From the NCBI GenBank assembly GCA_045638885.1, contig JAZUBY010000067.1, positions 663 through 64,662 of the forward strand: DNA of 64,000 bases. Reading direction: 5' to 3'. Both the position numbers and the translations under genes were made by a program. The first letter of the stretch is position 1. Each line of letters opens with the position of its first letter. This DNA is from Emergencia sp. (GTDB lineage Bacteria; Bacillota; Clostridia; Peptostreptococcales; Anaerovoracaceae). Below, piece by piece: positions 44,388-51,576 of this stretch. Below the pieces are notes generated by a model. The model was not told the DNA's origin and ran no database searches. It worked only from the letters and a program-made list of their open reading frames with translations.

Positions 44388-44416
44388 TTTACAAAGCATT
44401 TAAATCCATATATAAT
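44388..44416 (+). promoter_or_regulatory. SigA promoter of tRNA-Arg
   Basis: TTTACA-17 nt-TATAAT with an AT-rich UP region. Confidence 0.8.
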
Positions 44417-44439
44417 AGTATGGTACGAATTGAGTGCAT

Positions 44440-44516
44440 GCGCTATTAGCTCAATTGGATAGAGTAGCGCACTACGAATGCGAAGGTTAGGGGTTCGAGT
44501 CCCTTATGGCGCACCA
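44440..44516 (+). tRNA. tRNA-Arg (anticodon ACG)
   Basis: 77 nt; acceptor GCGCTAT/ATGGCGC, anticodon loop CT-ACG-AA, GTTCGA T-loop, encoded CCA. Confidence 0.95.
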
Positions 44517-44518
44517 AT
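44480..44518 (+). repeat. attL core (tRNA 3' half)
   Basis: GCGAAGGTTAGGGGTTCGAGTCCCTTATGGCGCACCAAT, identical to 51383-51421. Confidence 0.95.
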
Positions 44519-44519
44519 T

Positions 44520-44550
44520 ACCGCAGAATTTCAACATTCTGCGGTTTTTA
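44520..44550. terminator. element-supplied terminator between tRNA and integrase
   Basis: ACCGCAGAAT-ttcaac-ATTCTGCGGT then TTTT. Confidence 0.8.
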
Positions 44551-44589
44551 CTTTTTTTGATTTAATTATGTTTCCCACTATTTTCCCAC

Positions 44590-45726
44590 CTAAAGGCTAA
44601 ATGCGGTAATTTTCTCTACTGCTTCAAGCTTTCTTTGTACATCTACATTGATGTAATACTTCGCTGTTACTTCAATGGAAGAATGACCCATCAGCTTTGA
44701 AGTTTCCTCAATCGGAACCTCTGCCCTGCTTAGATTTGTTCCAAAAGTATGACGGAAGTCATGGATTTTGTGATACGGCACCCCTATTCGGCGATATAGT
44801 CGTTCGAAGAACTGTTGTAAGGTTCTACGATAATAAAACCGGCCCGTTGATGTTGTAAAGATATAGTTGGTTCTGTAATTGTTTTGCAACATTTCTTCTT
44901 TATGCAGAATCGTATGTTTGCGGACTTCTTCCATTACTTTCTCTGTCAACGGAATAACACGGATACTTGAGGTTGTTTTCGTGTCATCTAAATGAAATCC
45001 CGTCTTACCATCTATACTTTCTTCACGCAACTGTTTGTTGATATACAGCAGGTTCTCCTTGATATCGTCGTAGGTCAATGCAAGAAGCTCTGCTAATCGT
45101 GCTCCCGTATTCACTGCTAATACGACAAAGAGTCTCTTGGTACTACCCTCTAAATGATCAATGACCTTCTTTAAGTCATCGTCTTCCCATACACTAATCT
45201 GTGTATCAAAGTCTTCAACATCGAGTTTCTTCTTTGCTGGCACAGTTACACTCTGCATGATATTTCTACAATATCCGTTTAAATCGCAGTATTGAAAGAA
45301 TTTCTTTAAGAATTTATTTAGAGATTTCATTGAACTGTGTGCAATCACATCCTGGTTCTCGTTATAAAACTGCTGCATGTCCAATGGGGTTATCTCTGTA
45401 ATTAGCTTTCCTGCAATCGCTTTATCACGAAAATGATTCTTATATGCACTGTAGTAGTTCATTTTTGTCCCTTCAGCCAAATCATCCTGCAAGAAAACAG
45501 TTTCAACCCACTGGTCTATAACTTCACCTACACATTTCTTTGCATTATCTCCCAGCTCTTGCTCGGCTAAGTACTTCTCATACTTTTCCAGCGCCTCTTT
45601 CTTTGTCTTGCCGTAGAAGTCCTTATATGCATCCACCCAGATGCCTTGCTTATTGAGTTTCCGTCCAACCTTTCGCTTGATTCGAAAATAGTCGTTTCCC
45701 TTCTTGGTACAATTTGTTTTAGCCAT
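44590..45726 (-). CDS. int: tyrosine recombinase / integrase
   Basis: TGARLAELLAL (R), TKT (K), HDFRHT, LMGHSS, TAKYY catalytic residues all present. Confidence 0.95.
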   Translation of the reverse strand: MAKTNCTKKGNDYFRIKRKVGRKLNKQGIWVDAYKDFYGKTKKEALEKYEKYLAEQELGDNAKKCVGEVIDQWVETVFLQDDLAEGTKMNYYSAYKNHFRDKAIAGKLITEITPLDMQQFYNENQDVIAHSSMKSLNKFLKKFFQYCDLNGYCRNIMQSVTVPAKKKLDVEDFDTQISVWEDDDLKKVIDHLEGSTKRLFVVLAVNTGARLAELLALTYDDIKENLLYINKQLREESIDGKTGFHLDDTKTTSSIRVIPLTEKVMEEVRKHTILHKEEMLQNNYRTNYIFTTSTGRFYYRRTLQQFFERLYRRIGVPYHKIHDFRHTFGTNLSRAEVPIEETSKLMGHSSIEVTAKYYINVDVQRKLEAVEKITAFSL

Positions 45727-45745
45727 TGCTACTCCTCCTTTTCAT

Positions 45746-45851
45746 TTGACGAAATGAGGTCTGCAATGTTACAATACTATTGCTACATAGTGGCTGTAAA
45801 ATTGCAGCCCGTATCCCCTTAATCGTTTGCCGACGATGAGGGGATTTTTTC
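45746..45851 (+). ncRNA. putative antisense RNA with promoter in the integrase leader
   Basis: TTGACG-18-TACAAT (extended TG), hairpin GGCTGTAA/TTGCAGCC, terminator ATCCCCT...AGGGGAT-TTTTT. Confidence 0.5.
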
Positions 45852-45852
45852 T

Positions 45853-46434
45853 TTATCCTAAATAACTGTTATAAATGAATTCGACGTTATAATCTTTGAT
45901 TGCCGGCAGTTCTTTCAGAATCTGCTCTTTCATTAGAGTCTTTAACGTTAAGTCAAAGATTGCTCTCTGTCTCGGACTCATTTCATTAGACATCTGTTCT
46001 AAATGTTCAAATGCCTTTTCTTCTTCACGTGTAGGATTCTCTGATCCGCCATTCTCAAAGAAAACACTCATCTTCGGATTTGGCACTGTGATGTTTACAG
46101 AACCAAAGCCTACGATTTGATTATGCCATCTGTAATTGTCCAAGATAACATCCACGTCGAACATGTAGGAAACTTCGATAATGTCTTCACTCTCTGTAAT
46201 ACCTTCACCATCTCTAACCTCAATCTCATAATCATAGGCTGTATAGTTAAAGAAGTCTGATGGGTCCGTATTCAGATATTTACAAAGCACATCTAACGTT
46301 TCAAATTTTATTCCCCCAGTATAGTCATTACACAGGGCTGTCAATGTCGTTCTGGAAATACCTGTATCTGCTGACACCTTTGATATTTTCAGGGTTCTTT
46401 CTGCGAGTAATACCGCGAGATTACTTTCTATCAT
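45853..46434 (-). CDS. Cro/CI-type HTH repressor of the element
   Basis: NLAVLLAERTLKISKVSADTGISRTTLTAL...IKFETLDVLCKYL HTH; divergent from xis. Confidence 0.88.
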   Translation of the reverse strand: MIESNLAVLLAERTLKISKVSADTGISRTTLTALCNDYTGGIKFETLDVLCKYLNTDPSDFFNYTAYDYEIEVRDGEGITESEDIIEVSYMFDVDVILDNYRWHNQIVGFGSVNITVPNPKMSVFFENGGSENPTREEEKAFEHLEQMSNEMSPRQRAIFDLTLKTLMKEQILKELPAIKDYNVEFIYNSYLG

Positions 46435-46460
46435 CGTCTCACCTCCGATTTACACTACAA

Positions 46461-46587
46461 ATTATAACATAAAATTAAATTTTGTCCAGTATGCTGAACA
46501 AAATTCATTGACAACTTAACAATATTTTTGTATACTAAACCACACAGATGTTCAGTATACGCTACAAATAGTTCTCTGTATTGAACA
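46461..46587. promoter_or_regulatory. divergent promoters with three 18-bp operator-like palindromes
   Basis: PR TTGACA(46508)-17-TATACT; PL TGGACA-16-TATAAT on minus; boxes at 46483, 46549, 46570 (TGTTCAG...CTGAACA-like). Confidence 0.75.
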
Positions 46588-46634
46588 TTGGGCGAATAAC
46601 ACTAGAGATTATAGCAAAAGAGGAGGGATAAGAA

Positions 46635-46850
46635 ATGTTAGAAAGAAAACCACAACTAAGAACAATCGACAAAGCCTACGATGAAATCAAGGCAAGAGAT
46701 CCAAATACGTCGTTGAGCCGTCACTTTGTACGCCAGCTGATTAGCGATGGCCTAGTCCCCAGCATCAAAGCCGGGAACAAACGACTTGTTGATGTTGACG
46801 TACTAGAAAAATGCCTCGCAGAAATGACGGGCTGCTTTGATCTCGACTAG
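46635..46850 (+). CDS. excisionase-like HTH protein
   Basis: 71 aa, RQLISDGLVPSIKAGNKRLVD winged-HTH pattern; AGGAGG RBS; first gene of the rightward unit. Confidence 0.75.
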   Translation: MLERKPQLRTIDKAYDEIKARDPNTSLSRHFVRQLISDGLVPSIKAGNKRLVDVDVLEKCLAEMTGCFDLD

Positions 46851-46867
46851 GAAGCTGGTGATGTCCT

Positions 46868-47317
46868 ATGGGAAGAAAGAAAAAATCCGGACCGCCACCT
46901 AAGTTTGCGACTTCATATGACTGGCACAAGCACCACATTTTTCTCTTTGATGATTTATTAGACTCGCCAGCATTTCTGGCCTTATCACATCACGCTCGAA
47001 GTCTGTATATTCATCTGTATCAAAAGTACACTGGCCCTTATTCAGGCAACAATATTATCTGCACGTATTCCGAGTTAGAGAAAAAAGGATTTCGTCGTAA
47101 TACAACAGCAAAAGCGCTTCGTATGCTATTCCATTTTGGATTTATCAGTTATGAAAGTGGTGGCTTGGAGCACCAGCCAAATGTTTACCATTTAGAAGAA
47201 GGATGGAAAAAGATTTTTACACAAGAGGATGTAGACAAAGCAATGAAAGCATATAAAGACGAACTAGCATTAAAAGAAGCAGGTTCTGCACAGAAGAAAG
47301 TATTTATGTCCAGCTAA
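46868..47317 (+). CDS. winged-helix protein, possible replication initiator-like
   Basis: LDSPAFLALSHHARSLY...TYSEL...RNTTAKALRMLFHFGFI...PNVYHL pattern. Confidence 0.55.
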   Translation: MGRKKKSGPPPKFATSYDWHKHHIFLFDDLLDSPAFLALSHHARSLYIHLYQKYTGPYSGNNIICTYSELEKKGFRRNTTAKALRMLFHFGFISYESGGLEHQPNVYHLEEGWKKIFTQEDVDKAMKAYKDELALKEAGSAQKKVFMSS

Positions 47318-47506
47318 GTTTAGCTGGCGCATATGGGAATATATTAAGATTCTCGAAACCGATACTTATTACCATCAAAAAAATATATAAATAAGTATCA
47401 CTTTCGACATCTATTTGAGGGTAATTATCAGAAATTGGTACCGTATTTGTACCTGATTAAGTGCCGAAAACGTTAACTGAAAATAAAATCAAAGGGGGAA
47501 TACACA

Positions 47507-47677
47507 ATGAAAGCATTAACACCAATGAAAGCCATGCGAGCAAAGTGTCTGGACTGTTGCTGCGGAGAAGTAAAAGAAGTAAGAAATTGCCCTGTCACCA
47601 ATTGCCCCATTTGGCCATATAGAATGGGAAAAAGGCCTACGGTCGATGATTTAGTCGACGATGCAATTTCATCTTAA
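47507..47677 (+). CDS. 56-aa Cys-rich protein (not in ORF track)
   Basis: AAGGGGG RBS, then MKALTPMKAMRAKCLDCCCGEVKEVRNCPVTNCPIWPYRMGKRPTVDDLVDDAISS*. Confidence 0.75.
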   Translation: MKALTPMKAMRAKCLDCCCGEVKEVRNCPVTNCPIWPYRMGKRPTVDDLVDDAISS

Positions 47678-47817
47678 AAAACTCGAGCCAGCTCATAGTT
47701 TTTTGAGAAATACGCACCAAAACATGACAGTATAGCAGGGAGTCATATTTATGCCAGATTCACTCCATACGAGTTGTAGTTCACCACAACCACAAAAGGA
47801 ATATCGCAATTATAACT

Positions 47818-47856
47818 AAAGCGTGATTCAGCATCGAAACTGAGTCACGCTTTTTT
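47818..47856 (+). terminator. terminator of the rightward element unit
   Basis: AAAGCGTGATTCAG...CTGAGTCACGC-TTTTTT. Confidence 0.8.
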
Positions 47857-47974
47857 CGTACATGTATGATTCTTGGGTTTAAGGGATCACCCTTAGCCTT
47901 CTGCTTTGCCATTTGGGGGCAAAGTGGTCTGCTTGCTAAAGATTGACATAACATAGTTTTTTCTCCCTTTTGAT

Positions 47975-48481
47975 CTATACAACATTACCGTCCTTGTCGT
48001 AATATGTTGCATCAAGCACATAATAACCTGCATCAACTGAGATATAAATCAGTGCTGATTTAGCTAGATCATATTTATGTATTGTAGGATTTTTTCCATT
48101 TATCGCAACGCCAATTTCAGCAGAATCCAAATCTTTACGATTTATCCAGAACACATCAACGGTCTTATCATCTGCAAAAAACACCTCTTTGACAACATTC
48201 CCTGTTTCAACAAAAGTTGCTCCTTGATATCGATATGTTCCATTTTCCTCTGGTTTAAATACCGCAATCCCGTCTTCCTGTCCACAGGTTATTCCACTTA
48301 CAATACAGCCCTCAATATTTCGCTCTTCTACAATCATCCACTCGGCACCAATATCAGATTCGATCATTTTCGACCTACTCTCCATCGTCTTCCCATCTTC
48401 GGGACGATTGACCAAGTAAATACCTACCGCAAGGCACAAGATTATGACGATAGTAAGATGAAGTAAATTCTTCTTTTTCAT
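47975..48481 (-). CDS. membrane-anchored hypothetical protein (cargo)
   Basis: Basic N-terminus plus hydrophobic helix; GGAGGG RBS. Confidence 0.7.
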   Translation of the reverse strand: MKKKNLLHLTIVIILCLAVGIYLVNRPEDGKTMESRSKMIESDIGAEWMIVEERNIEGCIVSGITCGQEDGIAVFKPEENGTYRYQGATFVETGNVVKEVFFADDKTVDVFWINRKDLDSAEIGVAINGKNPTIHKYDLAKSALIYISVDAGYYVLDATYYDKDGNVV

Positions 48482-48709
48482 AGTTTCCCTCCACTATATT
48501 TATCCTCATCACGAAATACGTTATCACGCTATATACTTTCTAAGCATTATATCATTTTCTTCAATATATGAAAAGAGGCTGCAAAACCGGCAGCCTCCCT
48601 ACATCTATCAAAATTATTCAATCTTTATAGCTCTAGTCCCTCAGCAGGAATATCAAACAAGTACCTTGTTGTACCCCAATCCGATAAATCAGCCCCCTCC
48701 GTAATTATG

Positions 48710-49483
48710 TTACCTAGCATTGTATGTAATGTTAATTCTACTCAAATTGCGGTTACGGTCTTTGATTTCCATATATGTGCACATGCCATCAGCCAAACTA
48801 TAATCTTCCATACCCTTTACAGACTTCACATAAAGACTGCCATCGCTTCTCTCATATATTTTATATGCACTGGCAAATAAGTCTTTTGATTCATCAAAGT
48901 AAACGGTAATATCAATTTCACTATCTTTTCCTGCACTTTTGATAAATCCACCGTCCAATCGTGGGTCCATATAACTATACCCGCGATAGTATTCACCATC
49001 TTTCATTTCTCGAATAATTGCAACTGGAAGCATCTCTAGATTATTACAAACAAGTTCTAAAGTATTGTCTTCTCCCTCCACATATTCAACGGTCAGGTAC
49101 TTTGCTTCGGGTATCGCAGTACCCTCTTCGCCAATCCAAATCATACCGCCAATGGTCTTGTCTGCTGTCAATACAAATCCAAGGATTCCAACACACAGCA
49201 AAAGAATCATCGAGGCCAAACAAAGAATCCAACGTCGTCCTCTCTTCACACGTTTCTTGTTCTCATCTGTATCACGAACAAAAGCCGGATCTTCTTTGAC
49301 GATTTCATCAAAAGATACGTGGAACATGTCCGCAATTTCTACCAGCGTCGCAAGGTCCGGGTAGTTTTTGTTATTTTCCCAATTAGAGATCGTTTGTCTT
49401 GTTACATGGAGTTTCATTGCCAGTTCCTCCTGGCTCAATCCCTGCTCTAGTCTAAGTTCTTTGATTCTATTTCCCAGGTTCAT
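48710..49483 (-). CDS. XRE-family HTH regulator with TM helix and extracytoplasmic domain
   Basis: LSQEELAMKLHVTRQTISNWENNKNYPD, then TM WILCLASMILLLCVGILGFVL. Confidence 0.88.
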   Translation of the reverse strand: MNLGNRIKELRLEQGLSQEELAMKLHVTRQTISNWENNKNYPDLATLVEIADMFHVSFDEIVKEDPAFVRDTDENKKRVKRGRRWILCLASMILLLCVGILGFVLTADKTIGGMIWIGEEGTAIPEAKYLTVEYVEGEDNTLELVCNNLEMLPVAIIREMKDGEYYRGYSYMDPRLDGGFIKSAGKDSEIDITVYFDESKDLFASAYKIYERSDGSLYVKSVKGMEDYSLADGMCTYMEIKDRNRNLSRINITYNAR

Positions 49484-49744
49484 CTCTAACCTCCATTTCC
49501 AGCTGATACATTTTGTTTCTCTAAGTATATCAGCTTTGGCGATTTTCGTATAGCAAGAATCGTTTTACATTGTATCTATATTAGATTACGCCTTGTACTA
49601 AGCTAATTCAAAAAAGACAGGCATTTTTTGTATACTAAACAGAGATTTATTAAGGAAAGAACATTCTTTTGCTTTGTAGAACAGTTGTTTTTTTCTAAAA
49701 AAACATATATACTATACCTAATAATAAAAATGGGAGGAAATTCT

Positions 49745-50440
49745 GTGGAATACAACATCTATTGTGACGAAAGTTGTCATCTTCAAAATGATAATAGCGA
49801 CATCATGGTTATAGGCTCCATTTGGTGTGAAAAAGAACATATAAAGCAATGCAACCAAGAAATCAGACAGTTAAAACAGAAACACGGATTGAGTAGTTGG
49901 TTCGAGATTAAATGGACAAAAGTTTCTCCTGCAAAATTTGCTTTTTATGAAGAGCTCCTTGACTATTTTATCAACAATAAAAATCTTCACTATCGTGGAA
50001 TTATCGCACAAGGAAAAAAGAAATTAGATCACGATGTGTACAACAACGGCGATTATGATTTATGGTACTATAAAATGTATTTCTTAATGTTAGATTGGAT
50101 TATAAAACCAATGCAACATTATAACATTTTCATGGACATCAAAGATACAAACGGAGGAAAGCGCGTCCGAAAACTTAAAGAAGTCCTTTCTAACAATATC
50201 TATGACTTCAACGGTGATTGCGTTAGAAAAGTTGTTCAGGTAGACTCCAAAGAATCAGAACTTTTACAATTAGGAGATTTCATAAGTGGTGCACTGTCCC
50301 ATTACAATCGATTTGCATTCAATCCATCTTCCGCAAAAGGACAAATCATTCATAAATTAAACAGACACTACCACATTCATACAAGTTCCACTTATTCCAA
50401 CATGAAATTTAATATTTTTTATTGGGAAGGAAGACACTAA
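49745..50440 (+). CDS. DUF3800-family protein
   Basis: YNIYCDESC N-terminal motif, EIKW, DSKESELLQLGD; GTG start at 49745 behind GGAGG. Confidence 0.82.
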   Translation: MEYNIYCDESCHLQNDNSDIMVIGSIWCEKEHIKQCNQEIRQLKQKHGLSSWFEIKWTKVSPAKFAFYEELLDYFINNKNLHYRGIIAQGKKKLDHDVYNNGDYDLWYYKMYFLMLDWIIKPMQHYNIFMDIKDTNGGKRVRKLKEVLSNNIYDFNGDCVRKVVQVDSKESELLQLGDFISGALSHYNRFAFNPSSAKGQIIHKLNRHYHIHTSSTYSNMKFNIFYWEGRH

Positions 50441-51024
50441 TGAGTATAAAAATCGAACCATTAACATTATGTCCCGATGAAACAAAAGAAGATTTTTTAG
50501 ATAGATGCTATGACCTGTTTAGAAAAGATGTATTTACGCAGACAGAATCTTTAGTATACAACAATAAAATTATCGCATTTCAGAATATAGAATTTATCGA
50601 TGGAAAATTACAGCGATTTATGCATATCTCTTCACTTGACAGAGAGAACGGATTTGATATTTTTCCTTGTCATAACACTGCTTTCAATAGCACATGTGAA
50701 TCTAATTGCACAGAGGGAGAATGGTCATACGAAGAGCATGATTCTGTTCGAGACATTTGTATATACAGAGCAAGCTTTGTAAGTATTATCAAAGGTATAA
50801 TCAATTTAGCGTCACAAAAAGATAATCGAATCAAGCAGTGGAAAGAATGTGATCCTAAAACGAGTAAAGCAAAAGTTTTTATTCGTTATACACATGAAAA
50901 TATAGATTACATAATCATACTGTTAGAGGGAAAGCAAAAGTACTATCTCCACTCTGCTTATCCGCTCTTCTATCGTGCTTCAAAATTAGAATTCGAAAGA
51001 TCGTATGAAAAACACAAAAAATAA
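50440..51024 (+). CDS. uncharacterised protein coupled to DUF3800, C-terminus RelE/BECR-RNase-like
   Basis: TAATG stop/start overlap at 50438-50442; FMHISS, Cys cluster, DYIIILLEGKQKYYLHSAYP. Confidence 0.6.
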   Translation: MSIKIEPLTLCPDETKEDFLDRCYDLFRKDVFTQTESLVYNNKIIAFQNIEFIDGKLQRFMHISSLDRENGFDIFPCHNTAFNSTCESNCTEGEWSYEEHDSVRDICIYRASFVSIIKGIINLASQKDNRIKQWKECDPKTSKAKVFIRYTHENIDYIIILLEGKQKYYLHSAYPLFYRASKLEFERSYEKHKK

Positions 51025-51118
51025 AAAATCCGGAGATCGCATTACGAAACCCGGTTTCTCCTTCTACAACATGGTAGATGAGCTATTATTAGTATACCAC
51101 ATGTCATCAAAAAGTCAA
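51022..51118 (-). ncRNA. putative small RNA with promoter, convergent on the DUF3800 operon
   Basis: Minus strand: TTGACT-16-TATACT (extended TG), then ~60 nt with TCTAC/GTAGA hairpin and CCGG...CCGG stem plus U6. Confidence 0.6.
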
Positions 51119-51382
51119 TCCTAGAACGCTTAATTGCGATTAAGAAATGTGCGGTATAATGCTATTATATGCACCTATCATAAGAATATTTCATTCATAA
51201 ATAATTTAATTATGAATTGTAACATTGCACCCCATAATTCCCACTTTTTTCCCACGCAAGTTCTTAAAACTCAATCGCACTTGCAGGAAGTTGTGAAAGA
51301 TATTGAATGATATTAAATGTAAACGGATTAGAATTTCAATCTAATCCAGAACTCTCCCCTATACCACGCTTTTCCTTTACAA

Positions 51383-51421
51383 GCGAAGGTTAGGGGTTCG
51401 AGTCCCTTATGGCGCACCAAT
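51383..51421 (+). repeat. attR core (duplicated tRNA 3' half)
   Basis: 39-bp identity to 44480-44518. Confidence 0.95.
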
Positions 51422-51457
51422 AAAAAAGCAACCACCATTAGGTGGTTGTTTTTTTTA
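51422..51457 (+). terminator. probable original tRNA-Arg terminator displaced by the insertion
   Basis: CAACCACC-atta-GGTGGTTG followed by a T-tract directly after attR. Confidence 0.75.
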
Positions 51458-51576
51458 TGTGTGTATATGATGCTGGGACGAGTAAGCCACGGTCCAAGCT
51501 GCCCGACTGCTGCGCGTACCAAATAAAAAAAGGTGGGAAACGAGTTCCCACCTTTTATATTATTTTTATTCATAAT

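Larger units (their letters stand above)
44480..51421. mobile_element. ~6.9 kb integrative element (IME/satellite-like) inserted at the tRNA-Arg 3' end
   Basis: Exact 39-bp direct repeats at both ends, tyrosine integrase, divergent repressor/xis, AT-richer cargo, no phage structural or conjugation genes. Confidence 0.92.

Noticed and set aside
44467-44483. tRNA pseudogenisation from a G-A mismatch at the top of the anticodon stem
   Set aside because: A single terminal mismatch is tolerated; the other arms, promoter, CCA and terminator are intact.
51383-51421. second tRNA-Arg gene
   Set aside because: Only the 3' half is present, with no D arm or anticodon loop; it is attR.
44480-51421. prophage or ICE
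   Set aside because: No capsid, terminase, tail, lysis, relaxase or type IV secretion genes within the att sites.
51328-51573. 81-aa ORF across attR
   Set aside because: It reads through two terminators and the antisense tRNA fragment, with no recognisable motif.
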